DNA from: Octopus vulgaris
Lineage: Eukaryota
NCBI GenBank assembly: GCA_951406725.2
Contig: OX597817.1
Coordinates: forward strand, 33,790,001-33,854,000
Length of the DNA stretch: 64,000 nucleotides
Direction of reading: 5' to 3'
Shown here: positions 49,561 to 62,483 of the stretch, piece by piece
Numbering within the stretch: the first letter of the stretch is position 1
Layout: every line of letters starts with the position of its first letter
Program-made: the position numbers and the translations under genes
Notes under the pieces: model-generated
What the model saw: only the letters and a program-made list of their open reading frames with translations
What the model was told of the DNA's origin: nothing
Database searches by the model: none

Positions 49561-52199
49561 AAGTACTTCCTTAGATTTCTTCAGGTTTCTCACTGTTACC
49601 ATATGTCTTTATGTTAATTGTCAATATATATCTTTATGTTTTATAGAATCGTATGCATTTCTTAACATTTAACGTTTCTAATAACTGCTTGCGTTTCTTT
49701 GATATTTTTGCATGCATTTACAGATTCACTCAACACGGTTTTCGGGTTTGTTTACATGTCTATCGTTATCTTTTTGTTATGATCACAATAAATATTTGCA
49801 ATTATATTCCTAAAAAAAACCGATTGAGCATACTGGAAATATCAAAATGCAAGCTTGTATAAGCGTCACAAATGTATCTTGGATATTTTACAGACCTGTT
49901 TAGTGTTCTGAAATGTGTGGGAAAGTTATGAACAGCGATTGTTGGCAAACTTTAAAACAAGTATAACTACTTTTAGAACAATTCAACAGCGAACCCAAAT
50001 CAGTGTTTTCTGTTGAAGAATAACGGAATTTTACTTTTACTAAAAGCGTTCAAGATAAAACGTCCCTTCCCCCGTTTCACTTAATTCTATGAAACTTTGA
50101 GTTGATCGCAATCACATGTTACATTTTTAAATGCTGCTTATTTTTGTGTGTATTTTTGCTAGACTTTGTAATTTTCACTATATAGTTCTGTGTAAGTTGA
50201 GTTATTTATTCTATATGCTTGGTTGTATGTGTGTGTGAGCATGCCACTCTTATAATTTCTGTATTTAGTTAACACACAAAAAATATAACAAACTCGATTT
50301 GAGAGCGATTTAACTCCACTTTCCACAGAATTAAGTAAAACGGAGGAAATATGGCATTCCCACAGTGTACCCCACCCTCCGAATTTGTTGCCTCTTAACA
50401 TCCAAAGAATGTATACATTTTAAAGAAATTTTCAACAAATACCGCTTAGATACTGTAGATTCAGAATATATAGGGATTTGTGGGAAAGAATTTTTCCGGG
50501 GCGAGGGAGAGTTTCGAAAAATTCCATACAACCGACTTTTTTTCCTACCTTATAACTTCTAGGAAAGAGGGTAGCTTATGATGAAATTTTTAGCAAATAC
50601 CTTTCAAATGACATAGATTACGATTATAAAAATTTGAGGGAAATTTTTTTTCTGTGGGTGGGGAGAAGAGATATGGATCAAGAAGCCCACAAAAAGTTGG
50701 AATTTCTCCAATTTTGTTTTAACTACGGCCTTTTAAATGATAGTGGGGGGCATCTTTTAATGAAAAAAATTTAGAAAATTTGTGATTTCTTTCACCTCAT
50801 CCAGATCGATTTATGGCCAATACGCACTTGAAAACTATAGAAGCGTTTTCGGTAAGAAAAAAAATTCTAAATATTTTCAAACGAAAAGGTGTATGATTCA
50901 ATGGAGATTTGGCTGTTGTTTCTAGCACATCCCACGACCACCCTCCTCTTTTCTTTCTCACTCTCATATGTATTAATGTTTTTCAATATTTTGCCCGGCA
51001 TGCTAACGATTCTACCTGCTCGTTGCCTTACTTAAGCATGTAATATTAATTTCAAACTATGGCACAAGGCCTTCATTTTCGGGGGAGCAGCTAAGCCGGT
51101 TACATTGACTCCAGTGTTCAACTGGTACTTATTTAATCGACCTCGAAAGGATGAAAAGTAAAGTCGACCTCGGTGGAATTTGAACTCAGGACGTAAAGAC
51201 GGACTCTAAGCATTTTGCTCGGTATATAAACGATTCTGCTAGCTCGCCGACTTTCGTATACATGTGATATTACGAGTTGAAAAACTTCGATCAAAACATC
51301 CAGGGGAGGTGACTCCAGTTAGATCGTTTAATTTTTAGAAAATTATATACGGTATATTGACTACGCAAATTGGAGTGGATGTGATCTTTTCGATAAAATA
51401 CATGGCAATAAATGAAATTTAGTGATGCTAATTATTAATATCAACAATATGAAGAAAAAAAACATCGGGAAACATTCTGCCAAAATATATATATATCTTT
51501 TATTTTGTCCAGTCATTAGACTGCAGCATCGCCCTGAAGAATTTAGTCAAACAAACCAGCTCCTATACTTTTTTTACAAGCTTGGTATTTTTTCTATCAG
51601 TATTTTTGCTAAACCGTTGTGTTACGGAGACGTAAACAATTGAACAGCAGTTGTCAGGCGGTGAGAGAAGGGCAAACAAACTACACACACACACATATAT
51701 TTATGAGGGTCTTCTTTCAGTTTCTGTCTACTAAATCCATTCACAGGGCTTTGGTCAGCCCGGGGCTATGTTATTGTTTGTTCCTTCTCGAGTCATGTCT
51801 GGCTCATAAGGGCCAGTTTCCTAGTTTCATTGGCATATAGGTTCCCCACCTGAACGGGATGCCGGTCCGTCACAATTGAGCTACTAGATGCTGGAGGAAA
51901 GAGTGAGAGAATGTTGTGGCGAAAGAGTCAGCAGAAGTTTGCCATTACCTTCTGTCAGAGCTGCGTGGAACTTGGGTGTTTTGCTCATAGACACACACAC
52001 ACCGCCCGGTCTGTGATTCGAACCCGCGATCCCTCGACCGCGAGTCCGCTGCTCTAATCACTAGGCCGTGTGTTTCCACCGCTCGGGGCTACAGTAGAAG
52101 ACATTTGCCCAAGGTGCCACGCAGTGGTACTAAACCCGGAACCATGTGGTTGGGGAACAAACTTCTTGACATACAGCCATGCCAACGCCTGGTCGGATT

Positions 52200-53850
52200 G
52201 ACAAGAATCCGATGAGTCCAAAGATTGCATCGTGCTCTAATGTTTTGCTTTGGCATGGTTTCTGCGGCTGGATGCCTTTTCTAACGCCAACCATTTTACT
52301 GTGCATGTCAGGTGCTATTTTCTTGTCACTAGTACCAATGAGATCACCATGTAGCCCGTAAATGGTGGGTGTTGCGTCATTATGTTTGATGGTGGGGTAA
52401 GGTATTAGGGGAAAAGTTGGGGATAGAGCAAGTTCTTGTAGAGAAGCTACATGGCTACTAACATAGGAGAGAGAGAATGAGAATGAATTGGTGATATCTC
52501 CAAAGAGATAGATTATGGTAATGAGGTGTCCAGATGGCACCTCAGGTGGGAGGAGCAGTTGGGGTATGGGTTTGTAAGACTGTATGGTGAAAGAGATAGG
52601 GGGAGCGAGAAAGATGGAGGCAGATAGGCAACATCTGGAAAGACTGGGAAGGATTGACGGGAGGGGTGGGGCTAGGGAGATGCGAGCAGCAGAGTAGTAA
52701 TGATGATACTGTTGACAGAGGGAGAACGAGAAATGACATGTTTGTGTAGAGCAGTGCTTTTCAAACTTTTTGCTGGAGCGGAACCCCAAGGAAACATTCC
52801 ACTGGCTCGGGGAACCCCTGTGCAATAATTTAATAGTCTTATGCACACATATCTGCACAGGAAAATTAAAAATTACTGCCGATTTTAGCAGTTTTGTAAC
52901 TTCTTGCGGAACCCCTGGACTGTACTGGCGGAACCCTGGTTGAAAACCACTGGTGTAGAGTGTAGAAACAAAGTAGAGAGATAGACAAGTGTAATGTATG
53001 AGGAGAGATCATTTGATGATAGAGAGAGCGGAATGGGATGGCCACTGTAACGTGGGTGTGGAGAACAATATCAATTGATGAAGAATAGCTAACAAGTGAG
53101 ATAGTTCTGGACAGCAAGAGAAAAGCGTGGTATCGAGAAGGGGAAAGAGCAGTAATGGGAGTGTGATGTGAGGAGGGGATTGATTGATTGTGAGTGTATG
53201 TGTGCATGTGTATATACATGCAATATATACCCACACTTCCAGGAGTAAGTTTTGCCATGATGGGCAGGTTTTCACGAGATCCTACTATTGCCAGATATCC
53301 AGGTCCTTTGTCATTTCCTCTATGAGGCTCAGGGTCTTGAGGTCAGCCTTTATTGCTTCATTTTATGTCTTCTGGGTCTTCCTTGACCACAGGCTCCAGC
53401 TGCGTTCAGTGATTTGCACTTCTTTGTACAGCTGACCACTTCCACACACATCGTGAGTACGTAACTGCGCTGTCTTCTTTCTTGCACTCATCTGATTTCT
53501 CTTATGCCCAGTTTTTCTCTCAGCTCACTTATACGTATTTCTTTATTACCCACAAGGGGCTAAACACAGAGGGGACAAACAAGGACAGACATAGGTATTA
53601 AGTCGATTACATCGACCCCAGTGCGTAACTGGTACTTAATTTATCGACCCCGAAAGGATGAAAGGCAAAGTCGACCTCGGCGGAATTTGAACTCACTACG
53701 TAACGGCAGACGAAATACCGCTAAGCATTTCGCCCGGCGTGCTAACGTTTCTGCCAGCTCGCCACCTTTATACGATGTTCGTGCACGCTTAAATTGCACA
53801 TCCAACGGAACATATTCGTTTCAAATTGTTTTGCTTTTTCTAGTCTTTTC
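52200..53850 (-). mobile_element. Decayed RTE/family A element with nested hAT MITE and family B SINE (53537-53767)
   Basis: Family A sequence at 52200-52360; RTE 3' ORF remnants at 53240-53850 similar to 42640-43000. Confidence 0.55.
52752..52952. mobile_element. hAT (Charlie-like) MITE with 8-bp TSD
   Basis: CAGTGCTTTTCAA...TTGAAAACCACTG termini; GTGTAGAG duplicated at 52744-52751 and 52953-52960. Confidence 0.92.
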
Positions 53851-54356
53851 ATATCCTCTGCGTTCAAGGCTCATGCTTCACTATCATGTAACATTGCAGT
53901 TCATCATACCAGCAGCGGTAATAGTCCCTGCACTTTTGCCAAAACATTTTTACACTTGCTGCTATACTTTCAGAGCAAACACCTCCCTTGCTGATGACCT
54001 CTAGAAAGCAAAATCTATCAACTACTTCTCATGAACCATCCAGGCATTTAAAGAGTTCTATCCCTGGAACGTATTGTTCCAGTGCATCTGTTGCATATGA
54101 AACTTGTGTTCTCTGACTGTCTGTCTGTGATACCACAGCATATTTTGTGTGTACACTGAATGAAACGTATGGAGTTTGTACCTACTGTTCTTCTGTATAT
54201 CAAGCAAGGTCATTTCCCTGGGGGTACTTGGACCCTCTATACTTTCTTACTAAAATTTGCACCTTTGCTAAATTTACATTAGAGAAAAGGAATTATGAAG
54301 GTCACAGAGAAAATCATTGCACGATTGATTCGTCGCAAGACAGATCTAGATAAAAT

Positions 54357-54720
54357 GTAGTTTGGTTTTGTGCCTGAAAAAGGTACCACAAATACAGTCT
54401 TCTTAGTGAAGCTACTACAGGAGAAATACTTACCTAAGAGTATATCATTATTCCTGGCCTTCGTTGACCTGGAGAAGGCATTCGACAGGGTGCTATGTAC
54501 AATAATTTGGTGGTCGCTAAGGAAACTAGGCATTGACGAATGGTTTGTGAGAGCCGTACAAACTATGTACAAAGTAAAGCGAGATTTAACAACGACTTCA
54601 GTGAGGAATTTAGTGTGAGTAGAGTTTAAGACTGGTTGTCCATGGGAACTCATATACTGATTATCTAGTTCTCAGCCGAATCTATAGAGGAATTAGAGAG
54701 TAAATATCTGTGAATCTATT
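54357..54720 (+). mobile_element. RTE reverse transcriptase fragment
   Basis: FGFVPEKGTTNTVFLVKLLQEKYL...LAFVDLEKAFDRV...WWSLRKLGIDEWFVRAVQTMY. Confidence 0.88.
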
Positions 54721-56079
54721 GCAAGTTTAGAAACGGCGAAACGTATTAGAATATATGAGTTACATAAGTATTAAATTCAGATGTTTGTATCGAAAGAAGG
54801 AAAACATTCAGCAAATGACAGAATTTTAAGTTCGGAAATTTTCTTTAAAAAAGAAAAACGTTTTCGAATATGTTGTTTTTTTTTTACCTGCAATACACTT
54901 TAAGTAAACTTCAATTTTTTTAATAGATCTTAATCTATTTTTCAGATAAACTGACTTTTAAAATTCCAATTAAACAGCTTTTTAAGACACTTTTTCTTTA
55001 GTATATTTCAAAATTCGGAGTTTTTGATATTTTGGATTATGACACTTGACACTGTCGTTTTTGTTATTTCAAACTTTCTATATTTTGATTTTTCAGTCTC
55101 TTATTATTCATTCATGTGACGTCCGGAGTTATGATCGGCGCCCAGTTGACAGATATGAAAACCGTAAAGTGCTTACTAAATTCCTAAGAGAAGGAAAGGT
55201 TCTAATTTGTAACAAATCTCTTCACTGAATGCATAAAATAAGTTAAATTCTCGGTAGCTAGAGCAATGTCATCAACATACTTTTATACTAGGTAGGTGAC
55301 ATTACAGGCTCTAAAAAGTACAGACTTATCAGAGCCCTGCCTTACTAGGATTAAGTGCTCTCAAATCGTGTTAATACCTTCTTAAATATTAGTCAACCAT
55401 TGGAACAAACTTCAAGGGTGAGTTTTCAACAATGAACCACCTACAGGTCATGAACAAGTTTTTTCAGAAACACAGATAATACAATGTATATGTGTGTGCG
55501 TGCCTGCGTATGTGTGAGTATATGGTTAGACTTTATTATGTGAAAACCATCGATAGCCTTGAAACCCCAGCTGTGCTTGAGGCTGTTATTGATCAAGGAA
55601 CAATGCATCAATGTCATAAGATATTAAGAACATTTGTAGCCAATGAACATCTTTTATAAGACTTCTAATGAAAACAAAAAGACCGATATTGAAAGCGGAT
55701 TAAAACAATGGTGTATATTGTCCGAACTGTAATCCCGCACTACAAGACACTTTTATAAAAGTTTGAGCGAGATGAAAAAGGGATAAACATCAAGATGGAT
55801 TCCTAAGTCATTACCGATTTGCTGATGATCAAATCCTCTTTACAAATAATTTTCCTAAACTGGAACAAATGTCAATTGAACTGAACATTAGAAGCAACAA
55901 AGCGGGACTGAAAATAATTTTGAAGAAACCCAAATCCTGTTCAACAACCATGCAACAGGAGAAGTCACCAAAGCTAACCATGTCGCAACTGACATATATT
56001 TCTATTGGACTGTTAAAAGTGAGAAACAGCCGATTAGAAAAAAGTAGAAGAATGAACCTAAGCTTGATGGTGCGAATCT

Positions 56080-56662
56080 TATTTCTTTATTACCCACAAG
56101 GGGCTAAACATAGAGGGGACGAACAAGGACAGACAAACGGATTAAGTCGATTATATCGACCCCAATGCGTAACTGGTACTTATTTAATTGACCCCGAAAG
56201 GATGAAAGGCAAAGTCGACCTCGGCGGAATTTGAACTCAGAACGTAACGGCAGACGAAATACCTATTTCTTTACTACCCACAAGGGGCTAAACACAGATA
56301 GGACAAACAAGGACAGACAAACAGATTAAGTCGATTATATCGACCCCAGTCCGTAACTGGTACTTATTTAATCGACCCCGAAAGGATGAAAGGCAAAGTC
56401 GACCTCGGCGGAATTTGAACTCAGAACGTAACGGCAGACGAAATACCTATTTCTTTACTACCCACAAGGGGCTAAACACAGAGGGGACGAACAAGGACAG
56501 ACAAACGGATTAAGTCGATTATATCGACCCCAGTGCGTAACTGGTACTTATTTAATCAACCCCGAAAGGATGAAAAGCAAAGTCGACCTCGGCGGAATTT
56601 GAACTCAGAACGTAGCGGCAGACAAAATACCGCCAAGCATTTCGTCTGCCGTTACGTTCTGA
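56080..56662 (-). mobile_element. Tandem trimer of young family B SINE units (~183-bp period)
   Basis: Near-identical, CpG-intact units starting at about 56080, 56263 and 56446. Confidence 0.92.
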
Positions 56663-56924
56663 CGTTAGTCTTATCACTAATATTAATCATACTTCTCACA
56701 TCATTCATCTCCCGCTCTTTGTCGTCACTCCCTCGCCGATTTCATTTTCTTGTCTCGGTTTTTTTGGGGGCTTTTTTTTATTTGGAAGGCCATTACGTTT
56801 TTCATATACAAAAACAACATTAGTTTCCTTGGGTACTACTTTGGTATCTAATATGATTTCATGTGCTTATCTCTGGATATAACTGCATACGAATAGTGTA
56901 TAATGCATTATAAAAATATAATAA

Positions 56925-57165
56925 ATGCGCCCTTTTTAAAGCCTAGCCAGGCTCATGGGCCCGGTTTCTATGGCGTATGTGTTCCCCAGCTGGACGGGAC
57001 GCCAGTCCATCGCAGGATTACTCATTTCTGCCAGCTGAGTGAACTGGAGCAACGTGAAATGAAGTGTTTTGCTCAAGAACACACCGCGTCGCCCGGTCCA
57101 GGAATCGAAACCACAATCTTACGATCATGATGCCGACACCCTAACCACTAAGCCACACGCCTCCA
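56925..57165 (-). mobile_element. tRNA-derived SINE (family D head, cctgcgatggactggcgtcccgtccag tail)
   Basis: A second copy lies at 60671-60926 (-). Confidence 0.85.
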
Positions 57166-57650
57166 CATAATGCTTTATACATATTACAAAAACAAAAAAG
57201 CATATTAAAAAAATAATAATAGCGACAAAAGGTAATATCAATCACCACTTAAAAGTAGATGCTGTGTTAGAACACAGAATCTAAGAAAACCTCTTTTAGG
57301 GTTTTGTGATACATATAAGCGGAAGGCCGAAATCATGTAATCTGGTTGTCCTGGCAGCGGCGATGGCAGCGATTGTCTCCTGCTAGCGATGTAAACAAGA
57401 GTGCTTATAGGCACCACATAACCATATGAGAGTTTCTCCCATGGTGACTATCGCAGTAGAAAGTTTTGTTTACACTGGGTATAATATGTGATACTTGCGA
57501 ATCCCCCTCTTGAAGTTACTAATCAAGTAACGTCTTTCTGTTGCGTATTCTTTTACCGTTGTCCTCCCTATAAGAATAAAATCTCTAATAGTTTCTTTCT
57601 TCGAACAGTTATCTAACAGAATTCTCTTCCTTCTTTTCGTTACCCTCATA

Positions 57651-58187
57651 TCTATATATATAAAACTGTAGTTGTGTGAGTGTCTGTCCCCTTCGATTTA
57701 GATTCCTAACTACTCCCACATTTTGCGGTGCAGTTTAACGAAATTCGGGTATCTTATAGACGTGATTCATATCGAGCCCGCCTGAGTATTAGCGCGCGTC
57801 TACGATGAGTCTACGATTTTAAAAATAATTTAACACCATTTTTTATTCCATTTTAATGCATAATTTTTCGTGTGTCGATGGCGGCGGAGTTGGCGTCCAT
57901 GGTCACACCTGCACCTGTGTTGCTTCTCCCCCTTCTTCCCTCCCTCATGAAGCTGTGGGGAAGGGAGTGTAAGGAAATCAACGTCGTAAAGTGTTGTCAA
58001 GGAGACCAGCGTTCTTTTAGAACAACGACTTCATGGCTTGATGAGTCTACGATTTAAAAAAAAATTACCATCATTTTTTATTCCATTTTTAATGCATTTT
58101 TTGGCTATTTTTTTGCTATAACTCTCTAAAAATGCTTATATAGTTATTTCCCTTACAAACCCGAGCAACGCCGGGCGATACTGCTAG
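57651..58187 (+). mobile_element. Non-autonomous Helitron H1, long variant
   Basis: A|TCTATATATATAAAA ... CCCGAGCAACGCCGGGCGATACTGCTAG|T. Confidence 0.88.
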
Positions 58188-58357
58188 TAATAGATATAAT
58201 CTTAATTTTTATGCCGATCGTTTTATGGTTTTAAAGGTTGCTTCTCGCTAGAACTTACCTCCTTTAATTTTGTTATCCCCGGCAAACTAAGTGATTGCTT
58301 GGGGGTTGTTTTATTGTTATTTGCAGGTCGTTTAGTTGGGAGTGACTTCCAGTAAAA

Positions 58358-58402
<45 letters not shown>

Positions 58403-58783
58403 GGCGCAGGCGTGGCTGTGTGGTAAGAAGTTTGCTTACCAACCACATGGTTCCGAGTTCAGTCCCACTGCGTGACACCTTGGACTAGTGTCTTCTACCA
58501 TAGTCTCGGGCCTATCAAAGCTGTTTGAGTGGATTTAGTTGATGGAAACTGAAATAAGCCTGTCGTGTGTGTGTGTGTGTGTGTTTTAGTCTGTGTTTGT
58601 CGCTCACCACCGCTTGATTACCGGTGTTTGTGTGTTTACGTCCCCATAACTTAGCGGTTCGACTAAAGAGACTAATAGAATAAGTACCAAGCTTTAAAAA
58701 AAAAGTACTGGGGTCGGTCTCTTTGGCTAAAAGTTATTCTAGGCAATGCCCCAGCTTGGCTGCACTCTAATGACTGAAACAAA
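58403..58783 (+). mobile_element. Family G SINE with its tail split by a Helitron
   Basis: Tail tgactgaaacaaa is interrupted at 58783 and resumes tataagataaag at 59185. Confidence 0.85.
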
Positions 58784-59184
58784 TCTTTATATATAAAAGT
58801 GAGGTTGTGTGCTGTCTGTCTCCTACGATTTAGGTTCCTAACTACTCCCACATTTTGCGGTGCAGTTTAACCAAAACCAGGTATCTTATAGTCGTGATTT
58901 ATATCGAGCCCTTCTGGGTATTAGCGCGCGTCTACGATGAGTCTACGATTTTTAAAAAAATTTACCATCAATTTTTCCCATTTTTAATGCATTTTTGGCA
59001 TATATAAGGGAAGTAACTCTCTAAAAATTTATTATTAATACTCAGAACGTAAAAAGCTACAGTAACACCCTCCCCCACCTTTGTGGTTAGCCATATTGAG
59101 ATGGCTATTATACTTTACATCTCTAAAAATGCTTATATAGTTATTTCCCTTACAAACCCGAGCAACGCCGGACGATACTGCTAG
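58784..59184 (+). mobile_element. Non-autonomous Helitron H1
   Basis: A|TCTTTATATATAAAAG ... hairpin ... CTAG|T; no TSD. Confidence 0.9.
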
Positions 59185-61104
59185 TATAAGATAAAGGAAG
59201 ATTGTATCTCCAAACGTGACATTCCTACAAACTGTGTATATGCGCATGAAGCGATTTTCAGCTCTCACTTTAACCCATATTTTTCTTCTTTCTCTCTTTG
59301 TCTCCTCCTTATCTCCCCCCACCATCTCCTTTCCACTCAGTTTACCACTTCTTTCAACTGCCATTTCTGAACTGCGTGGGGTAACCAAAAGAGAAAAAAT
59401 GCTCATGACTAAGCGTTTATCTGAGAGATGTTTTCCTAAAAAAAATGTCTGCGCTGTACTTCCTATTCTTCAGTTTCTTATATTGCTTGTAAAGCCTATG
59501 CAACTATTTCCCGAGTGTTCAGTTCACTGGGGCCTTTAGCAGGTTATAAAAGGCGCCAGCAAATCACTATTTCTGTTCTTTGGTTTTAGTCCTTCTCAGG
59601 ACTAACCTCTGACCTCAGAGCTAGTCAGCGACAGACAACATGCAACAACTTCAACAACGCTTTTCTCCACCGTCGCCATCACCATCGTCGTCTTCACTTC
59701 ACGTCGTCTTCACTTCACGTCGTCTTCACTTCACGTCGTCTCCAACTCCGTCGCCTTCATCTCCAGCAACACCAATAGCCGTTCAAGAATTTGGACTTGG
59801 AGATCTCCATTTCCAGCGACTTCGAAGTCCACCTCCCAGTGGTGTCGGGCGTCAACGAAGAACCCTCGACTACAAGAAGACGACCAAAGTTGTTGTTTTT
59901 TTCCAAGGTCTGGGGTCTCCCGCCCCTGAACCCATCACTTAATCACCCTTACTCGTCTTGTTGCTTAACAACAACAACAGCGACACCAATACGTACTCAG
60001 CACTCGCTCTGGTTTAGCTTTCTGGCTATGCGAACTGAAAAGCAGCTAACATTATTTGCTGTCCGTTCTCACAATCGATCGTACATTAGATTAGAAAAGA
60101 AAGCGTTATCACTTGTGGTTTACTCCTGTAACGTCTACTTCTTTTGATTAAACAGTCTTAATGAAACATAGATATAGTGTCAGCTGTTCCCAAACAATCA
60201 ATTACGTCTTGTTTCCCACATATATATATCTTTACTCTACACCTATAGATTAACTAGTAAAGTAGGTGTGACTAAGAAAATCAATTATATTTCATATTTT
60301 ACTACTGCAAAAAAAGCATTTTTATAGATATCTATATTTTAACAGAATATTGATATTTATTGTTAAAAGTGAAATGAAGAAATTTTCTAAATGCGAAATT
60401 TTATTATTAAAACCATGCAGAAATTTGTGGATATAAGCTACTGTAAATGTCTGGTTTGTGAAAAGATAGGCGAATTGTGCACATAAAAAAATAATTACAT
60501 TCAGTCAGTTTGTTGTGTGAGACTTACGGAACAAACTGAGGACGAATAATTTGCCACAGAAATAAACATGTTTACACTACAAAACTCCGAAGGGATCACT
60601 ATGAAGTTACATTGAATAACGTCAGCTTGGAAATGCGAGTGGTTACTGATAGTAGAAATAAAAAAAATAAATGCGCCCTTTTAAAGCCTAGCCAGGCTCA
60701 TAGGCCCGGTTTCCCGGCTTCTATGGCGTATGTGCTCCCCAGCTGGGTGGGATGCCAGTCCATCGCAGCGTTACTCATTTTTGCCAGCTGAGTGAACTGG
60801 AGCAATGTGAAATTAAGTGTTTTGCTCAAGGAAGGATACAATGCATCACCCGGTCCAGGAATCGAAACCACAATCTTACGATCATGATGCTGATACCGTA
60901 ACCTAACCACTAAACCACGTGCCTCCATTGATAGTAGCGTTGTCTTAATTTCAAGGAACTTCAGGATACTTTTTGGGGCAACCAAGACTCTACCAAAGCT
61001 TTACTAGTCAAATCTACTACATCAACTAAAACTATAAGAAATGTACATACTTATATTTTGAATTTCGTAAACTGTCAATTCATATTTGTCCATTTGTAGT
61101 TAGA

Positions 61105-61250
61105 AAGGGAGTAACGATGGGGGCGGACCGCCCCAGACGACGCTTTTACGGGGCCGGTACTGTTGGATCTACACTGCTTGTATAGAGGGGCAGAGGCGGC
61201 TAATTCAAGAGTTGCTCCGGGCGGCACACACTCTGGTTGCGTCATTGGTT
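61105..61250. mobile_element. GC-rich MITE-like repeat (related copy at 61845-61961)
   Basis: Shared end ccgggcggcacacactctggttgcgtcattg / ccgagcggcatacactctagctatgctagtg. Confidence 0.5.
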
Positions 61251-62483
61251 ACGAAAGAAATTGTTGAACAGTATATATTAGAACATATTCCACCTGTTGA
61301 TAGCAAGTGAGCATCGGCTGTTGTAGGATTAGGCGGAGATTTGTGAATTTGTGGTGACTTCGAGAAAGGCGTTATTCGTAAGATATATCAGGACTCTTAT
61401 TCACATCCTAATGTTTAATCCGTCTTTTACACTCTCAAATTCAAACAGATAACGATCTCAAAAATAAAATAAAAAAACACTCTATTGGTATTTTGAGATG
61501 AACATAATTGTCAGATACCATAAAAACTGGAAGTGCTATTTTCAACGGGCAATAACAAAAGATTTTAGGGGACGATATCAAAAATATAATAATCTACTTA
61601 TTGATTGGTTGAAATTGCCGAAATACGACAACTTTAACACGAAAGAACTTCGTAAATATAAAGTTTTCTCAAAAATGCTTAGAGTAAAAGATGTTTTATA
61701 TGACACATTCTATCAGTATACAAAGTTTGAAAGTGTTTAGTAACAAAAAATTATTTTCTAAATCTGCCGGTCAAAAGGTAAAGATTTAAGCTATCTGTAA
61801 TGACCCTGTGTGTGAATAAAAATAGTAAATAACTAGCAGTATCGCCCGGGGGGGGGCACTTTTAAAGGGTCTGCTGTAGACAATATATGCTTTTTTGTGA
61901 GTCCTGGGGATGGAAAACGGAAGGGCCGCCCCGAGCGGCATACACTCTAGCTATGCTAGTGGATGCGTTGCATCTTGATTGTCTAGCTTCAAAAATACTG
62001 CGTGATCCGATACTTGGCAAAATAATTTCGGGAATAAAAAAACAATGTATGGAATAATTGCATCAATGCTGAAAGATCTGTTAAGTTTATCAAACTCTAG
62101 AAAACCGTTACCTTGGCAATGGCTAGATTATCGGTTCGCCTGAAGTATCTAGAAACTAAGTCATTGAAAGCGTTCATAGCAATATCCATTTTGGTATTAA
62201 TGATACACGCAATTGTCTAAAGCCTGATGGCCTGAATATTTAGACACTGTTGAAGACTACATACTATCTACAATAATAATGCTCTTGTGTTTTTCTCCGT
62301 CACAACATATGAATGAGAAAGGAAGGGGTGATAGATGAATGAGAAAGGAAGGGGTGGTGGCAAAGTGGCAGTCGGATGATGGAAATTCTACGGTGAAAAA
62401 AAAATCAAACAGCTTTTCAACTCTGTGTGAGTATATGTGTGTGCGTGTACAAGGGAAGTGTGTGTATGTTTGTATGTGTGAAC

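Noticed and set aside
50270-50880. Possible divergent gene exon or Helentron/DINE-like element upstream of the promoter
   Set aside because: No convincing ORF, splice pair or termini; left unclassified.
52130-52858. 242-aa ORF, the longest in the track
   Set aside because: It runs across a hAT MITE, low-complexity DNA, a family A repeat and a SINE; it is a chance open frame.
886-56662. Strand bias of family B SINEs (nearly all minus)
   Set aside because: The count is inflated by two tandem clusters and the bias is the same inside and outside the gene; too few independent copies.
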